Made by a program: the position numbers and the translations under genes. DNA of 64,000 bases, from contig CM007989.1 in NCBI GenBank assembly GCA_002189035.1, positions 7,130,001 to 7,194,000 on the forward strand. Reading direction: 5' to 3'. The first letter of the stretch is position 1, and each line of letters begins with the position of its first letter. Source of the DNA: Utricularia gibba (lineage: Eukaryota; Plantae; Magnoliophyta). Below the pieces are notes generated by a model. The model had not been told where the DNA came from. It made no database searches and worked only from the letters and a program-made list of their open reading frames with translations. Positions 40,401 to 55,222 of the stretch are shown here, one piece after another.

Positions 40401-41335
40401 CCCCAACAATTTGTAATGCACACTCAAAACTAAGAATCCAAAATGTCGATATACTTCCGCTTCCAACTTAATACTAAAGCATTTCCCACATGAAACTCAC
40501 AATGTACACCACCTGGAAAAATTTTTCACATGATGCATTTGCTGGTGTTCAAATCTCATTTTCATTGATTGTCAATACATTTGAATTCAGACAAAGGAAG
40601 TTCAGATTAATAAATCGTGCATTCGATTCAATTACAAGCATAAGATAATCCCCCTTCCAGGTTAGAGTAAAAAGAGTAGACAATACAAACCTGTACAAGA
40701 CGAACATCCAAAGCCAGCCGATCATTGGAATCTCGAGCTAGTTGCAGCAGCCTCTTATGTGTAAGAACATCTTCTGCTCTCTCCAGATTCACATCCACCG
40801 CATACCTGGCAACAGGTAGCCATCATTTTATTTGTAAGGTGTAATGTAATCAAAGTACAACACCGACGAGCATCCTAAGGTTTTACAACAAGCATAAAAC
40901 CAAGCACTCATCAACTCTTTTGGTTTATTGCTTTGCATGCAGACTACAGGTCACTTCTGTTTAGATCAGCCTTAGATCTTAAAAAATGTTAAGAGCCAGT
41001 AAAGCTACAAGAGATTTTGAGTAAGAATTCAAGAAAAAAAAATTTATCATAAGATCATAATGGAGGAATGGAATCCAGAAAACACAGATCGCACTCACAA
41101 CCGAATAGAGAAAAAGAATGAAGAAAAGATATGGTTTTTACCTGGATGGAAGGCTGTTGAAATGGTCCCATAGTTGCTCAGAGAACGCCGGGTCTCGAGC
41201 TTCAGGATGGCCAGATTCAATCAGCCGCCTTAAAACCTCATTATAAACCTCAGATTTCTTGCTGTCATGGCGATTCAAAGAGGCCTGTGGTTTAGCCTCC
41301 GTGGTCGCGCAACTCCCGTCATCCTCAATCGCCAT
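37470..41335 (-). CDS. STY46: ACT-domain Raf-like Ser/Thr/Tyr kinase, STY8/17/46 family
   Basis: Sixteen exons traced in frame (-): 41335-41142, 40805-40691, 40263-40193, 40059-39955, 39711-39657, 39579-39469, 39388-39338, 39216-39038, 38961-38854, 38762-38689, 38537-38362, 38278-38183, 38108-38028, 37933-37880, 37806-37672, 37550-37470. ACT domain: [37 protein letters not shown]. Kinase: [41 protein letters not shown]. The specific paralogue is uncertain. Confidence 0.93.
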
Positions 41336-43214
41336 TTCCAAATTCCAAAACCCAGAAACAAAATCCACAGAAACACAGCTCCACCCAAAAGTCCACACCG
41401 GTTTCGCGTGGGTCCCTCGCGATCTGGGAAGCAAAAACACAACAAATAAAACCACTCTCCCACAAGAGAACCGTAAAAAAGATCAAATCTTGCGTTCAAG
41501 CATGATCTCAAATCATCCACACCTAGTCTCCCTTCTTCAAGCAGATCTCAAAACCCCAGCTTCGCACTCCTTTGCATGTCCCATCAGCGAAAACCAGCAT
41601 CTTATAATACAAAAAAATAAGATTGAAGGTTTCAACTGCCTTCCTCGAAAATGGCCCAGAAAGCTCCTCGATAAAATAATTTATTTATAGTTTATGATAC
41701 ACATAGATAAGGATCGGGTAGAAGAAACGGGGGTGGTAGAAACTTTTACAGTGAAGGCATTTTATTTAAAGAATTCCCTGTTCCTGTCCATGGTACCGAG
41801 AAACGCGAAAAAAGGTCAAAGAAGAGGATAAAGCTTGCTGATTTGCTCGAGTATATCCATCCGCATCTTCGTTCTTCTCCCTCCAGCTACCGCTGGTTGA
41901 CGCCAGCCCAGCCGCCCCTTGGCTATTCTAAGCCACCTGACCCGACCCGACCCATTTTTTCACCTCATATCTACTTGAGACCTGGTGAGTAAAACTGTAA
42001 TCTTTTTTTCATTTCGACGGCAGGCGAACATTAAGAGGAGGCGGAGTCGGTGTAATGACGGCAGGAAGTTGACCTACCGCGGCGCATTGAACCCGTACTG
42101 GTTTGGACAGCGGCGAACCGAAGCCGCGTGTCTTGAAAGGAGCAAGAGTGGTTGCTGCCGGATTGGAAGCTTCCCCGAATATTCTATACCATTTTTGCCC
42201 AACTAGTTAAAATAATGATCGAAAATTGACAAATATTTTATAATAATTAATAATATATAAATCAATAATTTGTAACATTTATTCTTTTTTATAATAATCA
42301 ATATCATTATAATTCTAACTTATCCTTCGTATTTCATCATAGTTTCAAGTTTCCATTTTCAATTTCACTCAAAGAATTAACTAATATTTCATTTACAAAA
42401 TACTTTTCATTAAAAAAAGAGAGAAAAACACTCCAAAAATCTCTTATTATAAGCGAACTATATTGAATAAAAAAAATAACCAATGCCATTGATATGTTAT
42501 TGGTGGATTAATATACAAAAATGAATATTAAAATAAACAAACTCAATTCAGTAAATCAAATAATTAAGTATATAATAAATTAATTATCAGTAATAATTAT
42601 TTAGGTCTAATAATAATACTCGTCATACTCATCAGATCTTGATTTCAACAAATTATGAATTTAGATTAAATTACTTATGATTGGTTAAAATATATTCAAT
42701 AATATTAAATTATTTTAAAAATATTGGGAAAATAAAATTATCACAATTTGAATTATTATACGATTTAGTCACGGATTTGTATTGAATCTGATCGAATTCC
42801 ATGTCAAACATATGATTCTAAAACATTGATCAACCCTTGAATGTACCCATGAAATGTTTGGATAAATTATAGGCGTAAGTGAACGGGGGGTTATTACTTA
42901 TTAGGATGCGATGGCGATGACTCACATCCACGTTAGGCCTCCCACCCCAAAAATTGAACCTTATCCAAACACGTGCACTCCACACACACTTTATAAAAAA
43001 TAAATAAATTAAATTTGATTTAATTATTTCATTTTTATAATATATTTATAATGAAATAAATTCGATTCAACCCCTTATAAAAAAAAGTTTACTCCAAAAT
43101 CGTACCCCATTTTGAAACACTGATTTACAGTATAATGTAATGGGATGATTTTATTTTGCTCACTATCTTACCACCCAGGTAAATTAATAAATTAATTTAA
43201 AATAAATAAATATT

Positions 43215-43420
43215 TGGTGGGTGGTCCCCGTCTACGCGCCCTTTGGCCCCTCCGAGGAGTCGCCTGAGTAATTAAATAGATAAAATATTCTGGTATAGAC
43301 GAGGTACGGCACTGTTTGTTTTTGGGTAGGGTTTGGGATTTCATTAATACTGTCGCCGTATGAATTTTCATGCCCGCCCCCGCCGTAGGGTTGTTTGGGC
43401 GGGCGCGGGGAGGCGGTGAA
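43215..43420. mobile_element. Possible degenerate non-autonomous DNA-transposon (MITE-like) remnant
   Basis: GC-rich island in an AT-rich spacer with gggtagggtttggg and cccgcccccgcc/gggcgggcgcgggg motifs, resembling subterminal motifs of dicot hAT-derived MITEs as recalled. No TIR or TSD could be defined. Confidence 0.25.
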
Positions 43421-43846
43421 ATAAATTTGTATATAATTTTATTTTTCTTATTTTTCAAGTAATTAAATCTTGTATTTTCCCTAATTTCAATTTTCTAATA
43501 GCGATTTAAGTTGATTAATTCGGATTGGAATGTTAATTCAACAAAATACCAAGGAATACAAAAACTGGAAAAATCGGGTATGTTTTCAAGGGATGGCACC
43601 TAGTAAGAAAAAGTATTGTGAACTGGCTGACTTCCTTCAATGCACCTTTGGGCGGTTTCTTTTTTAAATAATATCAAATATTTTAAATGGTTTTCATTAT
43701 TATAGTTAATATTTCACATTTTTTGAATATTCGTATTATTCAAATAAAAACACACAGCATGTCTAATTTTGAAGATTGCGGCGTGTAATAAACCTCGACG
43801 TCAACAACCCATGTACTAAGCTGAAATTCAACAAATAATGGTGTGA

Positions 43847-43942
43847 TGTATCTGGACGCTTTTACGGTACAGGGAGGTGTAGTTGCCTTGTATCTGGACG
43901 GGTTGATCGTACACGGAGGTGATGTCGCCTTGTATCTGGACG
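43847..43942. repeat. 42-bp tandem repeat (~2.3 units) in intergenic DNA
   Basis: tgtatctggacg occurs at 43847, 43889 and 43931, an exact period of 42; the intervening bases are also similar. Confidence 0.9.
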
Positions 43943-44971
43943 GACACCCCTGCAATCAGAGAGGAGATTGATTTCGTGGCGTGGGTGGCCCGAGCCTCTA
44001 AACTCAGTCCGGGCTCCTACGTTGCCCGGTTCGTGGGCAATCACGCACGGATTCGCGGATTGCATGCAAGATGCGCAATTTTTAGTTGTTGTATTTGATA
44101 AATTAATTTTATTTATTTATAATTGTATTAATTTATATAATATGTGTATATTTTAAAATAATACATTCTTATGGCACTCTAAAAATCGGATTCATGAAAT
44201 TAATGAATCTCGCGCCCATGCACCTCACTCCGAATCTCGCTACTCGCACCCATTTCGCGAGTGTTGAAGTACATTGGGCCGTAGAAAATACTATTGGCCC
44301 ATTATAAAGTCCATTAGGCCCAATTATGAGTGGCTTCCAATAAAATAGAGCATCGACTCCAAAAATATTATCTAAAAGTATTTTACAAAAAATATTTTAA
44401 TAAAATAAAAACTGATTATCAACTGTTTCTTATTAATTATAACAAATGCTTATGTATAGATATATTATGTTTTCTTTGATATAGAAATTATTTGTATTTC
44501 AAAATAAAACTATTTATTAAATCGATTTTTTAAATGAAGAAGTTGTTCCAAACAGATAATTAAATTTTGTTTGACATAATTTTTCAAAAAATATTCTTCG
44601 AAAATTGATTCTGATCAAATATAAAATGATATTTTATAGTTTTCAAAAGTTAAAAAAATATTTTTGGAGTATAAAATTAAAATAGTGTGAGATGGCCTAT
44701 GGCAATTGGCAACTTCCCGGCTGATGTTGTAAGACTATTTTACCCCCAACGTGGCGGGTGTTTTTTTTGGAACGACTGACGGGAGAGATCGGGAACTAAC
44801 TGGAGTCGCCGGGGCCTTCGCACGCGCTCCGTTTTCTTTTTTGCATTGGTGCTCTCGAATACCAGTTCATTTGTATCTTGAATGTTGTTCTTCTTGCATG
44901 TGTTTTTTTCTTCGTCTGTATCAATTTCTGTGGTGGTGAGAGAGGGTTTTTAATTGATTGGCGGGAGAGCG

Positions 44972-47712
44972 ATGGGAGGTGGAGAAGGGGTGAGCGGGGG
45001 AGGGTTAGTGAATGTGAATGTTCGATCATCAAAGGGCTCTGTGTGTTTGGTAAAAACGAGCGTGGAATCGACGGTCTGGGAATTCAAATGTTTGATAGCA
45101 CAGAATTGCGATGTGCCGGCTGAACAGCAGCGCTTGATTTACATGGGTCGGATCTTGGAAGACGAACAGACTTTACTCAGCTACGGTAATCGTATTTTTT
45201 TTTGTTCTCTAGACTTCCTTTTTTTTTCGAATAATGTGGTATTTGGAATTCAACTGTAGTTTTGTGAGTACTTTCTTGCTCCTTTCTTTGGAAAGCTACC
45301 AAGTTTTTGGGAGTTTTGTGATCTGTTGAAACGGTTGAAGCTGAGATTGAGAACGTAATTGTATGGAGATTCCTATCGGGAATGTGAAGTACAATGGGAT
45401 ACAGTAGATGCTTGTTCAAAGATGGAATTTAGTTTCTCGAGGAGAGTTCATAATAGTATACTGATTCGTATAGTTTCTTGGTAAACAGGTCTGCAAGCTG
45501 ATCACACGGTTCATATGGTGCGTAGCTTTGCACCATCGTCGGCCACCGCGTCTAATCCTACACCAAGTGAAGGGAATACTATTGCTAATGTTCATGTTGC
45601 TTCGCAAGCTACTAATGCAGGTTTATCTGGTGGAGCTCTATATCTATTCCCAGGCCTCGATTTTGGTGCATTTGGTGGAGCTGGATGGTATGCATTCGTT
45701 GGAGCTGGACTTCCTGATTTCGAAGAGTTGGTACAACAGCTAATTGAGTATCTTGTGAGCAATCCTGAGATCATCCGCTGTTTAATTATGAATTACCCTC
45801 AGATACATGAGATCATTGACCGAATCCCTGAGCTTGCTCATGTCCTTAATGATCCTAGCATTCTTCAGCAAACACTAGAAGCTGCTAGTAACCCAGAAAT
45901 AATCCGTGAGATGATCAGAAACACTGAGGGGCAATGAGTAATCTTGAGTCCTCTCCGGAGGGATTTAACATGTATAGATCCATGTATGAAAATGTCCAAG
46001 AACCTTTTCTGAATGCAACTACTATGGATGGCTTCACGACTACCAGTGGAACAGATCAGTTTGCTTCTGTATCGAGAGGTCAGTTGGGATCCCAAGCCAG
46101 AGATGGTTCTGATTCTATAGCTGCTGGACGTGAAAACAACCTATATGAAATTCTGACCCAATCCCCAACCCATGGAGTAGTAATGGTATACCTAAAAGTA
46201 TCCCTGCAGTCTCATGTCCGAGTCATGTTTTTTTTTTTTTGATCTCTGCCTTTGATCCGTATTTATGGTACAAAAATTATTTGAGTTTAAATTTGCATGT
46301 GATTTTCCTAGTGAATTATTCTGTATGATCTGAATGCTCATCGGCCTGAACCTGTAGTATTGGTGAATTTCCAGTTAACATTCCATTATACTACTAGCTG
46401 TATGTTTCCGATATACTGCCTGCAATGGCTTTTTATTGGAGTGTAAATCTTTCATGCATTAACAGCTTGAATGTTTTTGGTATGTTTTTAGGGACTCCTC
46501 AATCACGCAATGCTACTAGAATCAGCTCAACCGACAACACAAGGCGTCACTCAGCTGCGGGAGTACAACCACTTGTTCTTCCTCAATTCGGCGCCAATGG
46601 AATGCTAGACACGGCTTCAGCTCGTCGGTTCTTACAAAATCCTGCTGTGTTACAGATCATGCAGACCTTGCTCCCCGGCACTGACTACATTGGTCAGGTA
46701 AGCTTCAGCTTTCGTGGATTTGGCATTTATTTTGAAGAAGGCCAATGATTACTTTATCTCAGGCTGTAGCCTGGAACCCTCAGATCCGGAATGTTCTGAC
46801 ACTGAACCCTCAATTAAGACATATTATGCAAAACCCTGAACTTCCGCACGGTTTCCCCTCCTCAGCCACTTTGGAGGTTGCATATCATATCCTTTTTTCT
46901 CAAAAGTCAAAAATAAATTTGACGCTCCGCTGGATGTTAATGTAAACCATGCTGTGCATTCATATACTTACACTTTTGTTGAATTTGTTGTCTCAGCAAG
47001 TACTAGCTTTTCAGGAAATGCTCTCTCAACTTCGCCAACCGCAGCCAAGCGTGTGAGTACAAATTGTTCTTATGTTTGTTCGAATTGCTGTTCCTTTTCT
47101 CTCTTATTTTGAATTTGAAGTTGAACCCAAATTTTGGGATCCAGTTCCAACTTTTCCCCAATGGCTTGCTTTATCAGTGATACATTCTATCACTAGCGCC
47201 ACCCATGAGCACGATCAATGTTCCCACTTCCTATTCAGTTTGTATCCCACCCAATTCTAATCCCCAAAACTGCTCTTTTCAGGGGTGGAGCTCAGGCGGA
47301 TCAAAATAGAGGTAAACCCACGCCACCCCAAGTCAAACGTGTTGTGCATGCAATCTCTCTTGATGCTCCTTCACTTTCTAAGGTACTCAAAACAGTTCTC
47401 CCAGTGTGGAGACTCTAGTGAACATGTTCGGTGCGCTTACCGCCGGTAGCCTGACCCCGCCTGATCCCAATGGTCTGCCCTGCCCTCCCTACTTCGCAAT
47501 TTCATTCAGCCTTTTCCCTTGACATGATGATCAACTAACTCCACATCCTTGTTGCCTCGGTTCCCCCTGAAGAGCTCTATGCAACGCAGCTAGAACAGCT
47601 TCAGGAGATGGGATTCTCGGATATGCAAGAGAACATGAGAGCCCTGCGTGCTACCGCCGGAATCGTCCACGCCGCAGTCGATCTGCTCTTGGGGACCCCT
47701 CATCAACAGTAG
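44972..47712 (+). CDS. DSK2: DSK2/ubiquilin-like ubiquitin receptor (UBL-STI1-UBA), strongly diverged; possibly a pseudogene
   Basis: Exons approximately 44972-45185, 45489-46185 (two apparent 1-nt shifts), 46492-46697, 46763-46876, 46997-47052, 47283-47310, 47383-47472, ~47561/47573-47712. UBL: [28 protein letters not shown]1: [33 protein letters not shown]: [14 protein letters not shown]...AAVDLLLG*. The expected last acceptor reads GG at 47559-47560, and phases around exon 47283-47310 are ambiguous. Confidence 0.8.
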
Positions 47713-47978
47713 CGCGGTGCCATCGGCAACATCTGCAACAGCTGATGCAAACCAACCAGGTTCTGCTGCTTCCCTCCCTGCAAATATATGAATCTTGTGC
47801 CACTAAAAGCCGTCCGTCTGTTTCACTGGGTGTTATGTTCATCTTCCAGCATTTAACGAAAATAGATAATAATGATAATAATAGTAGCCACTAATTTATT
47901 AAAGAGTATTCATTTCGGAGACTGTAACACTGCTCCTGACCAACTTATAACACGATTATAAACATCTTGTGATCTTGT

Positions 47979-48227
47979 CTAGGCGGCGCAGGTGGCGCAC
48001 GCGCAGCCGGAGGCGCACCGGCAGGCCCCTTCCGCTTCCGCGCCCTTTTCACAGGTGCATGGGTTGCAGCTGCAGTGTTGGCCGCAGGAGCACACCATAT
48101 GCTCCACCTCCACCGCGCCGCCTTCACCACCGCCCTTTGAGCACTGGCACGCGGCTCCGCCGGGGCACGGTGTGGGACAGCCGCACCGGTCATCGCAGAC
48201 CTCCAGTCTCCCTTTCGGTTCCGCCAT
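47979..48227 (-). CDS. MT4: Type-4 (Ec, seed/embryo) metallothionein, 82 aa, single exon
   Basis: [29 protein letters not shown]...[18 protein letters not shown]...[14 protein letters not shown] has three Cys-rich domains and the two His residues characteristic of type-4 plant MTs. Confidence 0.93.
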   Translation of the reverse strand: MAEPKGRLEVCDDRCGCPTPCPGGAACQCSKGGGEGGAVEVEHMVCSCGQHCSCNPCTCEKGAEAEGACRCASGCACATCAA

Positions 48228-48265
48228 GGAAGCCTGAAAAGCTGAACATTCCCTGTCTGCGTACA

Positions 48266-48352
48266 TATTTAACGGCCGTAGGCGAATCCACGGAAGATGA
48301 CACGTGGCAGACGCGGCGTACACTTGTCATCTGCTCCACCTCTTCATGCATG
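48266..48352 (-). promoter_or_regulatory. Seed-maturation promoter module of MT4: TATA-like box, ABRE/G-box and RY element
   Basis: On the minus strand: TTAAATA (48272-48266), GCCACGTGTC (48308-48299) and CATGCATG (48345-48352), all within about 125 bp upstream of the ATG. Confidence 0.75.
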
Positions 48353-48364
48353 GAGGCGGTGGAT

Positions 48365-48387
48365 ATCTATCTATCTATCTATCTATC
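48365..48387. repeat. (ATCT)n microsatellite upstream of MT4
   Basis: atct five times plus atc, read directly. Confidence 0.85.
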
Positions 48388-49567
48388 AGTCTATCTGATA
48401 AAGTGCAAAAGGGGGGAAATAAAAATAATTAGGGATTTGTTTCCATCTAAAAACTGGCCACGTTTCATTTATCAGGATGGAGTGCGACGCATGACACCGA
48501 ACCGTGGCTTTCGTTGCGGCAAAGAATTAAATCTGGAGAGTTACTTTTTTTCTTTCCTGGTAGGCGGTAAAAGAGAGAGAGAAAGTCAGTCACACTGCAG
48601 TTGTTGTTGTGGGTTGTGGGGCTGCCGGCGGCCATCTCCATTTAAGGGTATGAAGGCAGAGAGGGGGGTGCATGCACCCGACCTCAACGTGCACTCCAAA
48701 TCAAATATTGAATGTGTGTTGGAGATATTTTGGATATTTGTGGGGCAGGAAACCAGAGAGTAATCAACGCTGGTCCCCCCCCCCCCCCCTCCGGGCTGCC
48801 CAGTTACGCCGTTTGCTGGAAAGGTGTCCGCCACTTCCATCATACTCCCTGTTTGGTGTTGAATCCAAGATTCCAAAATTATAAAAGAATATAGTCGAGT
48901 CCATGACTGTTAAATATGGTATGAACGGTTTTTTTTGAATTGTCGGTTTATGAATTGTGATTTACTGTTGATTTCAATTTAAAATCAGAATTTTAAACCT
49001 TAAACCGAACATGAACTGAAACTCTATAGTTTTTTAGGAATTAATTTTCAAATACCCACATGAAAATGCTTACAAAATGCATCATTTTTTTCAAAGATTT
49101 TTCTAGTTCTCGTAACAATTATTCATAATATCTAAAAATGATTATGAAAATAAAAAATATTTTTTAGATATTCGCATGAACCATTAAGAGTGTCTATAAA
49201 ATGTATCATTATTTTAAATGTTTTTTCAAACCTTCATAATATCTATTAATGATATTTGGAACCATAAAAAATGAGTTCCGCATTGATAGGAACCACATAT
49301 TTTTCAGTTTCAAATATCTCAAACCTTCATAATATCTCTTACTCACCTTCTATATATTATTCGAGATAAAAGAATTTAAAATAGTTTTTACTTTTGAAAA
49401 TATTTTAAAATAGTAGCGGCTTATACGTTTTTAAAAAATAGATTTTTCAAAATATGGAGGGAGAAGGTTTTAAAAATGGATTATTTTACGTGAAAAAAAT
49501 AGTAAGTAGGACGGGAAAAAAATGCATTTATGTAGAAAGAAAAATGGAGCGTCTCTTGGAGGTTCGT

Positions 49568-50584
49568 TCAGTCGAGGGAGTTGGGACCAGAGCAGGCTTT
49601 GATCAGGGGGTTCCAAACCCACTGGACCAGAAATTTCCGCCCTCTGCGGCCGTTCATATTGTACGTCCGCCCGCCTCCGTCTTTAATCACCTCACCGATG
49701 TATCCACCGCCGCCTCCGGTACCGTACAGTCCCTCGCAAAGATCTGCGATCTCCGTGGGAGCGGTGGGATCCTCGCCGGCGTACCAGGCGTTAACGAGTG
49801 GATTGGAGGACAGTTCCGCGAGTTCGTGTCCGATCACGCTTATCATCCCGTCGATTCCGACGTCGCCGTTAGGGGGCTTTAGCTTCCCAGGCCCGCCTCC
49901 GGTCATGTACTCCGGAACGGCGAAGGGATAGGCGCAGATCTCGGGGCATTGCTTCCCGGAGTTCCCAATCCAAGCGTACGGCAACGTGTACCCTACCATG
50001 GAGGGGAAAGTGAAGTAATGGAAGCCGCAAACGGCGCGGCAGAAGTCCTGTACCACGACGTCCGTGGAGGTGAGGACCAGGTAGATCCCCTTCTTGTGGT
50101 CGACCGCGAAGGGTTTAGATCTGACGGCGTTAGCGATGACCTGTTGAATCGAGAGGCGCGTGAGGCTCGCGCCTTGGGAGCATTCCCGATCTGAGTACTC
50201 GCCTGCGATTACCACAGAGCGTGAGATGTTCGCGCCGGTCTGATCCGTGTACAGCGACACCGTACGCCACCACTCCGCAACAGAAGGCGACGGCGCGACG
50301 CGGCGGCTAGAGGCGGAGATGGAGAGGATGAAATCCTTGATGACGAGTTGCTGCGTAGCCGTCCAGTTACCGTACCACACAATGTAGATATTCACCGGCG
50401 ACGAGAGGACGGGTCCCATGTGGTACCGGAGATTGACGATGTCCGAGGAACCTTCGAATCTCTTCGACTCCAACAAACCGCCTGCAGAGCCTCGGACGGC
50501 GGCGAATCGGTGCGACCGAGGAGGAGCCGCGTGTACCAGCGCAGAACAGCAGAGAAACAGGAGAAAACTCTGAAGCCAAAACAT
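49568..50584 (-). CDS. EXL: PHI-1/EXORDIUM-like secreted protein, 338 aa, single exon
   Basis: Signal-peptide-like N-terminus [19 protein letters not shown]. Motifs: [71 protein letters not shown]. Confidence 0.93.
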   Translation of the reverse strand: MFWLQSFLLFLCCSALVHAAPPRSHRFAAVRGSAGGLLESKRFEGSSDIVNLRYHMGPVLSSPVNIYIVWYGNWTATQQLVIKDFILSISASSRRVAPSPSVAEWWRTVSLYTDQTGANISRSVVIAGEYSDRECSQGASLTRLSIQQVIANAVRSKPFAVDHKKGIYLVLTSTDVVVQDFCRAVCGFHYFTFPSMVGYTLPYAWIGNSGKQCPEICAYPFAVPEYMTGGGPGKLKPPNGDVGIDGMISVIGHELAELSSNPLVNAWYAGEDPTAPTEIADLCEGLYGTGGGGGYIGEVIKDGGGRTYNMNGRRGRKFLVQWVWNPLIKACSGPNSLD

Positions 50585-51629
50585 GGCGGTTTGAAAATTG
50601 AAGGTGCGAATCCGAGAAGAAGAAGAAGAAGCGTAGGAAGGACGATTCTCTTTTTATACAAGGGAGCAATGGCCAAGTGTGCTGGCAACAGCTGCAATGC
50701 AACCGCTTATTATTTATATGGCCTCCAACCCCGCTTTTATTATTATTTATTATTCCGTGTAATGCTGAGGTAGTATATACATAAAACGACGTCGTACCCC
50801 TACCCAAATCAACACCTAGCGTACGGTACACCACCCCTACAGAATCATACACTGCTAGAATTTAGAAAATGGAATTTTTTATTTTTATTATTTATGATAA
50901 TAAAAATTATTTCAGATACTATTTAAGAAAATTCTGATGCTCTGAAATGTCTGAATGACAGCAGTGGCTCATCATTTCTCGTATTAAATTTTATTCGGTT
51001 AATATTTTAATATTTTTATAATTAAAGAAATAAACATAATAATTCTGATGCTTTGATCCGTACCCTCGTGAATCCTCGCCATTTTTACAGGCAATCATGC
51101 AGAAGTGTCACGGCGGGGCGGGATTTCAGTTGATTTTTATCCTGAAAGTTTCCCATTTTCTGCCTTCTTCTTCGGCTGAATGCATCGGGTGGAAGGAATT
51201 TGCATGTAATTTATATGGCTCACACATGCGCGGATTCAGAAACACACATACTTGCGTACGTTTATACGCTCCACGGAGAGATCTGCTTGACTCAGTCGTG
51301 GGGTTAGTTTTGTTTGTAACTGTTTGTTTTTGGAGATAATTTGAAAGGTTTCGCTTTCACATTTCCTTAATTCTACTGCATTGGGGGCACCCTTTTCTTT
51401 AGCGGGTCTTTCATTTCTCGTTGACGAGATTTTTATGGGCTTTTCTTGTTTGTAGTTCTGGACTGGTTTTGGTTTTTTTTGTTTGTTTATGTGTTAATTA
51501 GGGGTGATTGTGTGTTTTTTTTATCTTTGATTCCAGAGTTGAGTGATGGTGATGAGGATATACGGGATGATGAAAGGTTTGTGACAATTGGGATACTGTG
51601 GGAGAAGCGAAGAGGGATCTTGTTGTTTC

Positions 51630-54315
<2,686 letters not shown>

Positions 54316-54784
54316 TCACACTGAGAATGCACCAGGTAGACGGCAGACTCCCCTGCAGTGTTTCTTTCTTGTTCCTCTGGAAGCTCCCTGACCAGTTGCT
54401 TCTTGTAGTTTCATCCATGGAGTGAGTTATGAACTCACTGCACTTTTCTGGGATCTCAGAAATTTCCTTTGCAAGAAAGAAAAAAGGATGGAAGATTCAG
54501 GTTTATTACGATCAGCAGTTGCAGAGGGTGGAAGGTTTCATCTTTATGGTGCTTAGTTCATCTGGGGTTGTGCTTCCCCTCTTTTGAGAGGTTTTACTTT
54601 TAACTGTAGAAGCAGGCAGTAAAAAAAATTCCCAGAATGAGCATGACAAGTGTTTCACAGCAATCTTCACATACACGAATAGGTAGATGATGACGATCTT
54701 GTAACAGAGTTTCAACAAATATAAAAATGAAGAAATAATTTAATACTTTGTATGTATTCATGTTTGGTACGCGCTGATACCAGA

Positions 54785-55222
54785 TCAGTGGATGTTGCGG
54801 CGCTGTTTCTGGCCGGAATCGGGGCAGAACGTGTGGGGAAGGACGAGATCGTCGGCGCCGAGGAGTTTCCGGCTGAGCTGTGAAGTGACCTTGTAGAGAA
54901 TATGGCGCCAGCTGCCCTTATTGTGAGTACCTAGGGCGGCGGTTTCCTCCTCGTTCATTTCCAGATCCACGGCGAAGGAAGGCTTCCGGGAGAGGATCCA
55001 GCCCCATCCGAGGTCCCACCACTTCCTGAGAGAGTTCCCGGCGCACTCTCCAAAGGAGGAAAGCGAGGTGGAGCGGCGGAAGGCCCCAATGGCAGCGGCG
55101 GGATGAATGTTGAGATTGAGGTCGAGGGAGGAGAGGCGACGGCGTAGGCCGCCGGTGATCTCGGATTGGGAGTGTGAAAGCGGAAGCGAGTGGCTGCTCC
55201 GGCGGCGGAAGACGGATGCCAT
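54785..55222 (-). CDS. Small uncharacterised plant protein (145 aa), single exon
   Basis: MASVFRRRSS...LRKWWDLGWGWILSRKPSFAVDLEMNEEETAALGTHNKGSWRHILYKV. GC-rich, coding-like composition, and the Trp-rich motif resembles an unnamed plant family I recall next to CPK5/6-type genes. Confidence 0.75.
   Translation of the reverse strand: MASVFRRRSSHSLPLSHSQSEITGGLRRRLSSLDLNLNIHPAAAIGAFRRSTSLSSFGECAGNSLRKWWDLGWGWILSRKPSFAVDLEMNEEETAALGTHNKGSWRHILYKVTSQLSRKLLGADDLVLPHTFCPDSGQKQRRNIH

Noticed and set aside
41900-42200. GC-rich segment upstream of STY46 with a 73-aa ORF and a transit-peptide-like minus frame
   Set aside because: No ATG in the plausible frame and no recognisable domain; it could be promoter or leader sequence.
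43847-43942. 42-bp repeat as a CRISPR-like array
   Set aside because: The whole unit is repeated, there are no unique spacers or cas genes, and the context is eukaryotic.
1-47712. Ubiquitin-system cluster (UPL3 E3, UBC23 E2, DSK2 receptor) as a functional gene cluster
   Set aside because: The genes are separated by unrelated genes, and I saw no shared regulatory motif. Ubiquitin genes are abundant in plants, so this is chance or ancient synteny.
48775-48789. C15 run upstream of MT4 as a G-quadruplex element
   Set aside because: A single homopolymer whose length is unreliable in this assembly, with no supporting evidence.
49120-49340. Recurrent ttcataatatct motif spaced about 100 bp apart
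   Set aside because: Irregular spacing (111 and 93 bp) in AT-rich DNA; at best a decayed repeat.
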